From Eledone cirrhosa (lineage: Eukaryota), in contig OZ024740.1 of the NCBI GenBank assembly GCA_964016885.1, positions 420,236,001 to 420,300,000 of the forward strand: a stretch of 64,000 nt of DNA, given 5' to 3'. Shown piece after piece: positions 42,601 to 56,200 of the stretch. The notes below the pieces were generated by a model. It was not told the DNA's origin. It saw only the letters and a list, made by a program, of their open reading frames with translations, and searched no databases. Positions within the stretch are counted from its first letter, which is position 1. Each line of letters begins with the position of its first letter. A program made the position numbers and the translations under genes.

Positions 42601-44149
42601 TGTAGAGTTGGTGGTGACAGTCTACATATGTGGTGGGAAAGAGGTAGAGTTGGAGGTGACAGTCTACATATGTGGTGGGAATGATGTAGTGTTGGAGGTG
42701 ACAGTCTACATATGTGGTGGGAATGATGTGGAGTTGGAGGTGACAGTCTACATATGTGGTGGGAATGATGTAGAGTTGGAGGTGACAGTCTATATATGTG
42801 GGGGGAATGATGTAGAGTTGGAGGTGACAGTCTACATATGTGGTGGGATTGATGGAGATTGGAGATGACAATCTACATATGTGGTGGGAATGATGTAGAG
42901 TTGGAGGTGACAGTCTACATATGTGGTGGGAAAGAGGTAGAGTTGGAGGTGACAGTCTACATATGTGGTGGGAATGATGTAGAGTTGGAGGTGAAAGTCT
43001 ACATATGTGGTGGGAATGATGTAGAGTTGGAGGTGACAGTCTATATATGTGGTGGGAATGATGTAGAGTTGATGGTGACACTCTACATATGTGGTAGGAA
43101 AGAGCTAGAGTTGGAGGTGACAGTCTACATATGTGGTGGGAATGATGTAGAGTTGGAGGTGACAGTCTACATATGTGGTGGGATTGATGGAGAGTTGGAG
43201 GTGACAATCTACATATGTGGTGGGAATGATGTACTGTTGGAGGTGACAGTCTAAATATGTGGTGGGAATGATGTAGAGTTGGAGGTGACAGTCTACATAT
43301 GTGGTGGGAATGATGTTGAGTTGGAGGTGAAAGTCTATATATGTGGTGGGAATGATGTACAGTTGGAGGTGCCAATCTACATGTGTGGTGGGAAGCATGT
43401 AGAGTTGGAGGTGACAGTCTACATATGTGGTCGGAAAGAGGTACAGTTGAAGGTGACAGTCTACATATGTGGTGGGAATGATGTAGATTTGGAGGTGACA
43501 GTCTACATATGTGGTGGGAATGATGTACAGTTGGAGATGACAGTCTACATAGGTGGTGGTAATGATGTACAGTTGGAGGTGACAGTCTACATATGTGGTG
43601 GGAATGATGTAGATTTGGAGATGACAGTCTACATATGTGGTGGGAATGGTGTAGAGTTGGAGGTGACAGTCTACATATGTGGCAAGAATGATGTAGAGTT
43701 GGAGGTGACAGTCTACATATGTGGTGGGAATGATGTAGAGTTGGAGGTGACAGTTACATATGTCTTGGGAATGATGTAGAGTTGGAGGTGACAGTCTACA
43801 TATGTGGTGGGAAAGAGGTAGAGTTGGAGGTGACAGTCTACATATGTGGTGGGAATGATGTACAGTTCGAGGTGACAGTCTACATATGTGGTGGGAATGA
43901 TGTTGAGATGGGTGTGACAATCTACATTTGTGGTGGGAAAGAGTTAGAGTTGGAGGTGAAAGTCTACATATGTGGTGAGAAAGAGGTAGCGTTGGAGATA
44001 ACAGTCTACATATGTGGTGGGAATGATGTAGAGTTGGAGGTGACAGTCTACATATGTCTTGGGAATGATGCAGAGTTGCAGGTAACAGTCTACATATGTG
44101 GTGGGAATGATGTACAGTTTGAGGTGACAGTCTATATATGTGGTGGAAA

Positions 44150-47100
44150 TGATGTAGAGTTTGAGGTGACAGTCTACATATGTGCTGGGAATGATGTAGA
44201 GTTGGAGGTGATAGTCTACATATGTAGGTGGGAAAGAGGTAGAGTTGGAGGTGACAGTCTACATATGTGGTGGGAATGATGTAGAGTTGGAGGTGACAGT
44301 CTACATATGTGGTGGGAATGATGTAGAGTTGATGTTGACACTCTACATATGTGGTGGGAAACAGCTAGAGTTGGAGGTGACAGTCTACATATTGGGTGGG
44401 AAAGAGGTAGAGTTGGAGGTGACAGTCTACATATGTGGTGGGAATGATGTAGAGTTGGAGGTGACAGTCTACATATGTGGTGGGATTGATGGAGAGTTGG
44501 AGGTGACAATCTACATATGTGGTGGGAATGATGTACTGTTGGAGGTGACAGTCTAAATATGTGGTGGGAATGATGTAGAGTTGGAGGTGACAGTCTACAT
44601 ATGTGGTGGGAATGATGTTGAGTTGGAGGTGAAAGTCTATATATGTGGTGGGAATGATGTACAGTTGGAGGTGCCAATCTACATGTGTGGTGGGAAGGAT
44701 GTAGAGTTGGAGGTGACAGTCTACATATGTGGTCGGAAAGAGGTACAGTTGGAGGTGACAGTCTACATATGTGGAGGGAATGATGTAGAGTTGGAGGTGA
44801 CAGTCTACATATGTGGTGGGAATGATGTACAGTTGGAGATGACAGTCTATATATGTGGTGGGAATGATGTACAGTTGGAGGTGACAGTCTACATAGGTGG
44901 TGGTAATGATGTACAGTTGGAGGTGACAGTCTACATATGTGGTGGGAATGATGTAGATTTGGAGATGACAGTCTACATATGTGGTGGGAATGGTGTAGAG
45001 TTGGAGGTGACAGTCTACATATGTGGCAAGAATGATGTAGAGTTGGAGGTGACAGTCTACATATGTGGTGGGAATGATGTAGAGTTGGAGGTGACAGTTA
45101 CATATGTCTTGGGAATGATGTAGAGTTGGAGGTGACAGTCTACATATGTGGTGGGAATGATGTAGAGTTGGAGGTGACAGTCTACATATGTGGTGGGAAT
45201 GATGTAGAGTTGATGGTGACACTCTACATATGTGGTGGGAAAGAGCTAGAGTTGGAGGTGACAGTCTACATATGTGGTGGGAATGATGTAGAGTTGGAGG
45301 TGACAGTCTACATATGTGGTGGGATTGATGGAGAGTTGGAGGTGACAATCTACATATGTGGTGGGAATGATGTACTGTTGGAGGTGACAGTCTAAATATG
45401 TGGTGGGAATCATGTAGAGTTGGAGGTGACAGTCTACATATGTGGTGGGAATGATGTTGAGTTGGAGGTGAAAGTCTATATATGTGGTGGGAATGATGTA
45501 CAGTTGGAGGTGCCAATCTACATGTGTGGTGGGAAGCATGTAGAGTTGGAGGTGACAGTCTACATATGTGGTCGGAAAGAGGTACAGTTGGAGGTGACAG
45601 TCTACATATGTGGTGGGAATGATGTAGATTTGGAGGTGACAGTCTACATATGTGGTGGGAATGATGTACAGTTGGAGATGACAGTCTACATAGGTGGTGG
45701 TAATGATGTACAGTTGGAGGTGACAGTCTACATATGTGGTGGGAATGATGTAGATTTGGAGATGACAGTCTACATATGTGGTGGGAATGGTGTAGAGTTG
45801 GAGGTGACAGTCTACATATGTGGCAAGAATGATGTAGAGTTGGAGGTGACAGTCTACATATGTGGTGGGAATGATGTAGAGTTGGAGGTGACAGTTACAT
45901 ATGTCTTGGGAATGATGTAGAGTTGGAGGTGACAGTCTACATATGTGGTGGGAAAGAGGTAGAGTTGGAGGTGACAGTCTACATATGTGGTGGGAATGAT
46001 GTACAGTTGGAGGTGACAGTCTACATATGTGGTGGGAATGATGTTGAGATGGGTGTGACAATCTACATTTGTGGTGGGAAAGAGTTAGAGTTGGAGGTGA
46101 AAGTCTACATATGTGGTGAGAAAGAGGTAGAGTTGGAGGTGACAGTCTCATATGTGGTGGGAATTGGTAGAGTTGGAGGTGACAGTCTACATATGTGGTG
46201 GGAATGATGTAGAGTTGGTGGTGACAGTCTACATATGTGGTGGGAAAGAGGTGGAGTTGGTGGTGACAGTCTACATATGTGGTGGGAAAGAGGTAGTGTT
46301 GGACGTGACAGTCTACATATGTGGTGGGAATGATGTAGAGTTGGGTGTGACAATTTACATATGTGGTGGGAAAGAGGTAGAGTTGGAGGTGACAGTCTAC
46401 ATATGTGGTGGGAATTATGTAGAGTTGGAGGTGACAGTCTACTTATGTGGTGGGAATGATGTATAGTTAGAGGTGACAGTCTACATATGTGGTGGGAATG
46501 ATGTAGAGTTGGAGGTGACAATCTACATATGTGGTGGGAATGATGTATAGTTGGAGGTGACAATCTACATATGTGGTGGGAAGGATGTAGAGTTGGAGGT
46601 GACAGTCTACATATGTGGTGAGAAAGAGGTAGCGTTGGAGATAACAGTCTACATATGTGGTGGGAATGATGTAGAGTTGGAGGTGACAGTCTACATATGT
46701 CTTGGGAATGATGCAGAGTTGCAGGTAACAGTCTACATATGTGGTGGGAATGATGTACAGTTTGAGGTGACAGTCTATATATGTGGTGGAAATGATGTAG
46801 AGTTTGAGGTGACAGTCTACATATGTGCTGGGAATGATGTAGAGTTGGAGGTGATAGTCTACATATGTAGGTGGGAAAGAGGTAGAGTTGGAGGTGACAG
46901 TCTACATATGTGGTGGGAATGATGTAGAGTTGGAGGTGACAGTCTACATATGTGGTGGGAATGATGTAGAGTTGATGGTGACACTCTACATATGTGGTGG
47001 GAAAGAGCTAGAGTTGGAGGTGACAGTCTACATATTGGGTGGGAAAGAGGTAGAGTTGGAGGTGACAGTCTACATATGTGGTGGGAATGATGTAGAGTTG

Positions 47101-50100
47101 GAGGTGACAGTCTACATATGTGGTGGGATTGATGGAGAGTTGGAGGTGACAATCTACATATGTGGTGGGAATGATGTACTGTTGGAGGTGACAGTCTAAA
47201 TATGTGGTGGGAATGATGTAGAGTTGGAGGTGACAGTCTACATATGTGGTGGGAATGATGTTGAGTTGGAGGTGAAAGTCTATATATGTGGTGGGAATGA
47301 TGTACTGTTGGAGGTGCCAATCTACATGTGTGGTGGGAAGGATGTAGAGTTGGAGGTGACAGTCTACATATGTGGTCGGAAAGAGGTACAGTTGGAGGTG
47401 ACAGTCTACATATGTGGAGGGAATGATGTAGAGTTGGAGGTGACAGTCTACATATGTGGTGGGAATGATGTACAGTTGGAGATGACAGTCTATATATGTG
47501 GTGGGAATGATGTACAGTTGGAGGTGACAGTCTACATAGGTGGTGGTAATGATGTACAGTTGGAGGTGACAGTCTACATATGTGGTGGGAATGATGTAGA
47601 TTTGGAGATGACAGTCTACATATGTGGTGGGAATGGTGTAGAGTTGGAGGTGACAGTCTACATATGTGGCAAGAATGATGTAGAGTTGGAGGTGACAGTC
47701 TACATATGTGGTGGGAATGATGTAGAGTTGGAGGTGACAGTTACATATGTCTTGGGAATGATGTAGAGTTGGAGGTGACAGTCTACATATGTGGTGGGAA
47801 AGAGGTAGAGTTGGAGGTGACAGTCTACATATGTGGTGGGAATGATGTACAGTTGGAGGTGACAGTCTACATATGTGGTGGGAATGATGTTGAGTTGGGT
47901 GTGACAATCTACATATGTGGTGGGAAAGAGGTAGAGTTGGAGGTGACAGTCTACATATGTGGTGGGAATGATGTAGAGTTGGAGGTGACAGTCTACATAT
48001 GTGGTGGGAATGATATAGAGTTGGAGGTGAGTCTACATATGTGGTGGGAATGATGTAGAGTTGGAGGTGATAGTCTACATATGTAGGTGGGAAAGAGGTA
48101 GAGTTGGAGGTGACAGTCTACATATGTGGTGGGAATGCTGTAGAGTTGGTGGTGACATTCTACATATGTGGTGGGAACTATGTAGAGTTGGAGGTGACAG
48201 TCTACATATGTGGTGGGAAAGAGGTAGAGTTGGAGGTGAGAGTCTACATATGTGGTGGGAAAGAGGTAGAGTTGGAGGTGATAGTCTACATATGTGGTGG
48301 GAATGATGTACAGTTGGAGGTGACAATCTACATACGTGGGGGGCATGATGTAGAGTTGGAGGTGAGAAACTACATATGTGGTGGGAATGATGTAGAGTTG
48401 GAGGTGACAGTCTACATATGTGGTGGGAAAGAGGTAGAGTTGGGGGATGACAGTCTACATATGTGGTGGGAATGATGTACTGTTGGAGGTGACACTCTAC
48501 ATATGTGGTGGGAATAATGTAGAGTTGGAGGTGACAGTCTACATATGTGGTGGGAATGATGTAGAGTTGGAGGTGAAAGTCTATATATGTGGTGGGAATG
48601 ATGTACAGTTGGATGTGACAGTCTACATATGTGGTGGGAATGATGTAGAGTTGGAGGTGACAGTCTACAAATTAGGTGGGAATGATGTAGAGTTGGAAGT
48701 AACAGTCTACATATGTGGTGGGAATGATGTACAGTTGGATGTGACAGTCTACATATGAGGTGGGAATGATGTACAGTTGGAGGTGACAGTCTACATATGT
48801 AGTGGGAATGATGTACAGTTAGAGGTGACATTCTACATATGTGGTGGGAATGATGTAGAGTTGGAGGTGACAATCTACATATGTGGTGGGAATTATGTAG
48901 AGTTGGAGGTGACAATCTACATATGTGGTGGGAATGATGTAGAGTTGGAGGTGACAGTCTACATATGTGGTGGGAAAGAGGTACAGTTGGAGGTGACAGT
49001 CTACATATGTGGTGGGAATGATGTAGAGTTGGAGGTGACAGTCTACATATGTGGTGGGAATGATGTACAGTTGGAGGTGACAGCCTATATATGTGGTGGG
49101 AATGATGTACAGTTGAAGGTGACAGTCTACATAGGTGGTGGGAATGATGTAGAGTTGGAGGTGACAGTCTGCATATGTGGTGGGAATGATGTAGAGTTGG
49201 AGGTGACAGTTTACATGTGTGGTGGGAATGATGTAGAGTTGAAGGGGACAGTCTACATATGTGGTGGGAATGATGTAGAGTTGGAGGTGACAGTCTACAT
49301 ATGTGGTGGTAATGATGTAGAGTTGGTGGTGACAATCTACATATGTGGTGGGAATGATGTACAGTTGGAGGTGACAGTCTACATATGTGGTGGGAATGAT
49401 GTGGAGTTGGAGGTGACAGTCTACATATGTGGTGGGAATTATGTAGAGTCGGAGGTGACAATCTACATATGTTGTGGGAATGATGTAGAGTTGGAGGTGA
49501 CAGTCTACATATGTGGTGGGAATGATGTAGAGTTGGAGGTAACAGTCTACATATGTGGTGGGTCTGATGTACAGTTGGAGGTGACAGTCTACATATGTGG
49601 TGGGAATGGTGTAGAGTTGGAGGTGACAGTCTACATATGTGGCAGGAATGATGTAGAGTTGGAGGTAACAGTTTACATATGTGGTGGGAATGATGTAGAG
49701 TTGAAGGGGACACTCTACATATGTGGTGGGAATGATGTAGAGTTGGAGGTGACAGTCTAGATATGTCTTGGGAATGATGTAGAGTTGGAGCTGACCGTCT
49801 ACATATGTGGTGGGAATGGTGTCGAGTTTGAGGTGACAATCTACATATGTGGTGGGAATGATGTAGAGTTGGAGGTGACAGTCTACATATGTGGTGGGAA
49901 TGATGTGGAGTTGGAGGTGACAGTCTACATATGTGGTGGGAAGGATGTAGATTTGGAGATGACAGTGTACATATGTGGTGGGAATGATGTAGAGTTGGAG
50001 GGGACAGTCTACATATGTGGTGGGAATGATGTAGAGTTGGAGGTGGCAGTCTACATATGTGGTGGGAATGATGTAGAGTTGGAGGTGACAGTCTACATAT

Positions 50101-50700
50101 GTGGTTGGAAAGAGGTAGAGTTGGAGATGACAGTCTACATATGTGGTCGGAATGATGTAGAGTTGGTGGTGACTCTCTAAATATGTGGTGGGAAAGAGCT
50201 AGAGTTGGAGATGACAGTCTACATATGTGGTGGGAATGATGTAGAGTTGGTGGTGACAGTCTACATATGTGGTGGGAAAGAGGTAGAGTTGGAGGTGACA
50301 GTCTACATATGTGGTGGGAATTATGTAGTGTTGGAGGTGACAGTCTACATATGTGGTGGGAATGATGTGGAGTTGGAGGTGACAGTCTACATATGTGGTG
50401 GGAATGATGTAGAGTTGGAGGTGACAGTCTATATATGTGGTGGGAATGATGTAGAGTTGGAGGTGACAGTCTACATATGTGGTGGGATTGATGGAGATTG
50501 GTGATGACAATCTACATATGTGGTGGGAATGATGTAGAGTTGGAGGTGACAGTCTACATATGTGGTGGGAAAGAGGTAGAGTTGGAGGTGACAGTCTACA
50601 TATGTGGTGGGAATGATGTAGAGTTGGAGGTGAAAGTCTACATATGTGGTGGGAATGATGTAGAGTTGGAGGTGACAGTCTATATATGTGTTGGGAATGA
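44150..50700 (+). repeat. Third copy of the ~5.3-kb unit plus flanks (offset 12759 from the 31.4-37.45 kb segment)
   Basis: Offset 12759 for 31606/44365, 32367/45126, 35653/48412, 36018/48777 and 37026/49785. Its 3' end (50205-50690) matches 42566-43050. Confidence 0.88.
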
Positions 50701-53229
50701 TGTAGAGTTGGTGGTGACAGTCTACATATGTGGTGGGAAAGAGGTAGAGTTGGAGGTGAAAGTCTATATATGTGGTGGGAATTATCTACAGTTGGAGGTG
50801 ACAATCTACATATGTGGTGGGAAGGATGTAGAGTTGGAGGTCCCAGTCTACATATGTGGTGGGAAAGAGGTAGACTTGGAGGTGACAGTCTACATATGTG
50901 GTGGGAATGATGTAGAGTTGGAGGTGACAGTCTACATATGTGGTGGGAATGATGTACAGTTGGAGGTGAAAGTCTATATATGTGTTGGGAATGATGTACA
51001 GTTGGAGGTGACAGTCTACATAGGTGGTGGGAATGATGTACAGTTGGAGGTGACAGTCTACATATGTGGTGGGAATGATGTAGTGTTGGAGGTGACAATC
51101 TACATATGTGGTGGGAATTATGTAGAGTCGGAGGTGACAATCTACATATGTTGTGGGAATGATGTAGAGTTGGAGGTGACAGTCTACATATGTGGTGGGA
51201 ATGATGTACAGTTGGAGGTGACAATCTACATATGTGGTGGGTCTGATGTACAGTTGGAGGTGATAGACTACATATGTGGTGGGAATGATGTAGAGTTGGA
51301 GGTGACAGTCTACATATGTGGTGGGAATGATGTGGAGTTGGAGGTGACAGTCTAACATATGTGGTGGGAATGATGTAGATTTGGAGATAACAGTCTACAT
51401 ATGTGGTGGGAATGATGTAGAGTTGGAGGTGACAGTCTACATATGTGGTGGGAATGATGTGGAGTTGGAGGTGACAGTCTAACATATGTGGTGGGAATGA
51501 TGTAGAGTTGGAGGTGACAGTCTACATATGTGGCAGGAATGATGTAGAGTTGGAGGTGACAGTTAACATATGTGGTGGGAATGGTGTAGAGTTGAAGGGG
51601 ACAGTCTACATATGTGGTGGGAATGATGTAGAGTTGGAGGTGACAGTCTACATATGTGGTGGGAATGATGTGGAGTTGGAGGTGACAGTCTAACATATGT
51701 GGTGGGAATGATGTAGATTTGGAGATAACAGTCTACATATGTGGTGGGAATGATGTAGAGTTGGAGAGGACAGTCTACATATGTGGTGGGAATGATGTAG
51801 AGTTGGAGGTGACAGTCTACATATGTGGTGGGAATTATGTAGAATTGGAGGTGACAGTCTACATATGTGGTGGGAATAATGTAGAGTTGGAGGTGACAAT
51901 CTACATATGTGGTGGGAAGGATGTAGAGTTGGAGGTGACAGTCTACATATGTGGTGGGAAAGAGGTAGAGTTGGATGTGACAGTCTACATATGTGGTGGG
52001 AATGATGTAGAGTTGGAGGTGACAGTCTACATATGTGGTGGGAATGATATAAAGTTGAAGGTGAGTCTACATATGTGGTGGGAATGATGTAGAGTTGGAG
52101 GTGATAGTCTACATATGTAGGTGGGAAAGAGGTAGAGTTGGAGGTGACAGTCTACATATGTGGTGGGAATGCTGTAGAGTTGGTGGTGACATTCTACATA
52201 TGTGGTGGGAACTATGTAGAGTTGGAGGTGACAGTCTACATATGTGGTGGGAAAGAGGTAGAGTTGGAGGTGAGAGTCTACATATGTGGTGGGAAAGAGG
52301 TAGAGTTGGAGGTGATAGTCTACATATGTGGTGGGAATGATGTACTGTTGGAGGTGACACTCTACATATGTGGTGGGAATGATGTAGAGTTGGAGGTGAC
52401 AGTCTACATATGTGGTGGGAATGATGTAGAGTTGGAGGTGAAAGTCTATATATGTGGTGGAAATGATGTACAGTTGGATGTGACAGTCTACATATGTGGT
52501 GGGAATGATGTAGAGTTGGAGGTGACAGTCTACAAATTAGGTGGGAATGATGTAGAGTTGGAAGTAACAGTCTACATGTGTGGTGGGAATGATGTACAGT
52601 TGGATGTGACAGTCTACATATGAGGTGGGAATGATGTACAGTTGGAGGTGACAGTCTACATATGTAGTGGGAATGATGTACACTTAGAGGTGACATTCTA
52701 CATATGTGGTGGGAATGATGTAGAGTTGCAGGTGACAATCTACATATGTAGTGGGAATTATGTAGAGTTGGAGGTGACAATCTACATATGTGGTGGGAAT
52801 GATGTAGAGTTGGAGGTGACAATCTACATATGTGGTGGGAATGATGTAGAGTTGGAGGTGACAATCTACATATGTTGTGGGAAGGATGCAGAGTTGGAGG
52901 TGACAGTCTACATATGTGGTGGGAAAGAGGTACAGTTGGAGGTGACAGTCTACATATGTGGTGGGAATGATGTAGAGTTGGAGGTGACAGTCTACATATG
53001 TGGTGGGAATGATGTACAGTTGGAGGTGACAGTCTATATATGTGGTGGGAATGATGTACAGTTGGAGGTGACAGTCTACATAGGTGGTGGGAATGATGTA
53101 GAGTTGGAGGTGACAGTCTGCATATGTGGTGGGAATGATGTAGAGTTGGATGTGACAGTTTACATGTGTGGTGGGAATGATGTAGAGTTGAAGGGGACAG
53201 TGTACATATGTGGTGGGAATGATGTAGAG

Positions 53230-56200
53230 TTGGAGGTGACAGTCTACATATGTGGTGGGAATGATGTAGAGTTGGTGGTGACAATCTACATATGTGGTGG
53301 GAATGATGTACAGTTGGAGGTGACAGTCTACATAGGTGTTGGGAATGATGTACAGTTGGAGGTGATAGTCTGCATATGTGGTGGGAATGATGTACAGTTG
53401 GAGGTGACAATCTACATATGTGGTGGGAATTATGTAGAGTCGGAGGTCACAATCTACATATGTTGTGGGAATGATGTAGAGTTGGAGGTGACAGTCTACA
53501 TATGTGGTGGGAATGATGTAGAGTTGGAGGTAACAGTCTACATATGTGGTGGGTCTGATGTACAGTTGGAGGTGACAGTCTACATATGTGGTGGGAATGG
53601 TGTAGAGTCGGAGGTGACAGTCTACATATGTGGCAGGAATGATGTAGAGTTGGAGGTGACAGTTTACATATGTGGTGGGAATGGTGTAGAGTTGAAGGGG
53701 ACACTCTACATATGTGGTGGGAATGATGTAGAGTTGGAGGTGACAGTCTATATATGTGGTGGGAATGATGTAGAGTTGGAGCTGACCGTCTACATATGTG
53801 GTGGGAATGGTATCGAGTTTGAGGTGACAATCTACATATGTGGTGGGAATGATGTAGAGTTGGAGGTGACAGTCTACATATGTCGTGGGAATGATGTGGA
53901 GTCGGAGGTGACAGTCTACATATGTGGTGGGAAGGATGTAGATTTGGAGATGACAGTCTACATATGTGGTGGGAATGATGTAGAGTTGGAGGGGACAGTC
54001 TACATATGTGGTGGGAATGATGTAGAGTTGGAGGTGGCAGTCTACATATGTGGTGGGAATGATGTAGAGTTGGAGGTGACAGTCTACATATGTGGTTGGA
54101 AAGAGGTAGAGTTGGAGGTGACAGTCTACATATGTGGTGGGAATGATGTAGAGTTGGAGGTGACAGTCTACATATGTGGTGGGAATGATGTACAGTTGGA
54201 GGTGACAGTCTATATATGTGTTGGGAATGATGTACAGTTGGAGGTGACAGTCTACATAGGTGGTGGGAATGATGTACAGTTGGAGGTGACGGTCTAAATA
54301 TGTGGTGGGTCTGATGTACAGTTGGAGGTGATAGACTACATATGTGGTGGGAATTATGTAGAATCGGAGGTGACAATCTACATATGTTGTGGGAATGATG
54401 TAGAGTTGGAGGTGACAGTCTACATATGTGGCAGGAATGATGTAGAGTTGGAGGTGACAGTTAACATATGTGGTGGGAATGGTGTAGAGTTGGAGGTGAC
54501 AGTCTACATATGTGGCAGGAATGATGTAGAGTTGGAGGTGACAGTTAACATATGTGGTGGGAATGGTGTAGAGTTGAAGGGGACAGTCTACATATGTGGT
54601 GGGAATGATGTAGAGTTGGAGGTGACAGTCTACATATGTCTTGGGAATGATGTAGAGTTGGAGGTGACGGTCTACATATGTGGTGGGAATGGTGTCGAGT
54701 TTGATGTGACAGTCTACATATGTGGTGGGAATGATGTAGAGTTGGAGGTGACAGTCTACATATGTGGTGGGAATGATGTGGAGTTGGAGGTGACAGTCTA
54801 CATATGTGGTGGGAATGATGTAGAGTTGGAGAGGACAGTCTACATATGTGGTGGGAATGATGTAGAGTTGGAGGTGACAGTCTACATATGTGGTGGGAAT
54901 GATGTAGATTTGGAGATGACAGTCTACATATGTGGTCGGAATGGTGTAGATTTGGAGATGACAGTCTACATATGTGGTTGGATTGATGTAGAGTTGGATG
55001 TGACAGTCTACATACGTGGTGGGAATGATGTAGAGTTGGAGGTGACAGTCTACATATGTGGTGGGATTGATGTAGTGTTAAAGGTGAGTCTACATATGTG
55101 GTGGGAATGATGTAGAGTTGGAGGTGATAGTCTACATATGTGTTGGGAAAGAGGTAGAGTTGGAGGTGACAGTCTACATATTTGGTGGGAATGATGTAGA
55201 ATTGAAGGGGACAGTCTACATATGTGGTTGGAATGATGTAGAGTTGGAGGTGACAGTCTACATATGTCTTGGGAATGATGCAGAGTTGCAGGTAACAGTC
55301 TACATATGTGGTGGGAATGATGTACAGTTGGAGGTGAGTCTACATATGTAGGTGGGAAAGAGGTAGAGTTGGAGGTGACAGTCTACATATGTGGTGGGAT
55401 TGATGTAGAGTTGGTGGTGACAGTCTACATATGTGGTGGGAATGATGTAGAGTTGGAGGTGACAGTCTACATATGTGGTGGGAATGATGTAGAGTTGATG
55501 GTGACAGTCTATATATGTGTTGGGAATGATGTACAGTTGGAGGTGACAGTCTACATAGGTGGTGGGAATGATGTACAGTTGGAGGTGATAGTCTGCATAT
55601 GTGGTGGGAATGATGTACAGTTGGAGGTGACAATCTACATATGTGGTGGGAATTATGTAGAGTCGGAGGTCACAATCTACATATGTTGTGGGAATGATGT
55701 AGAGTTGGAGGTGACAGTCTACATATGTGGTGGGAATGATGTAGAATTGGAGGTAACAGTCTACATATGTGGTGGGTCTGATGTACAGTTGGAGGTGACA
55801 GTCTACATATGTGGTGGGAATGGTGTAGAGTTGGAGGTGACAGTCTACATATGTGGCAGGAATGATGTAGAGTTGGAGGTGACAGTTTACATATGTGGTG
55901 GGAATGGTGTAGAGTTGAAGGGGACACTCCACATATGTGGTGGGAATGATGTAGAGTTGGAGGTGACAGTCTAGATATGTCTTGGGAATGATGTAGAGTT
56001 CGAGCTGACCGTCTACATATGTGGTGGGAATGGTATCGAGTTTGAGGTGACAATCTACATATGTGGTGGGAATGATGTAGAGTTGGAGGTGACAGTCTAC
56101 ATATGTGGTGGGAATGATGTGGAGTTGGAGGTGACAGTCTACATATGTGGTGGGAAGGATGTAGATTTGGAGATGTCAGTCTACATATGTGGTGGGAATG

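Larger units (their letters stand above)
10150..47770 (+). repeat. Dispersed ~20-monomer (~0.8 kb) module, 17 copies, two subtypes
   Basis: Ordered markers: TTGATGGTGACACTC, GAGCTAG, GATTGATGGAG, GTACTGTTG..GTCTAAA, GTGAAAG, GTGCCAATC, GGTCGGAAAG, GGTGGTAAT, GGCAAGAAT, GTTACATATGTCTTGGG. The GTGCCAATC monomer gives the minus-strand 'MAPPTV' ORF starts at 10476, 12153, 14211, 15888, 17946, 26378, 28182, 30240, 31918, 32757, 34561, 38045, 39849, 43375, 44677, 45516 and 47320. Confidence 0.88.

Noticed and set aside
52642-54297. RTX-like calcium-binding repeat protein (GGND motif)
   Set aside because: RTX repeats are GGxGxDxUx nonapeptides. This unit is 14 aa, lacks that spacing, contains Cys, has no secretion domain and is repeatedly frameshifted.
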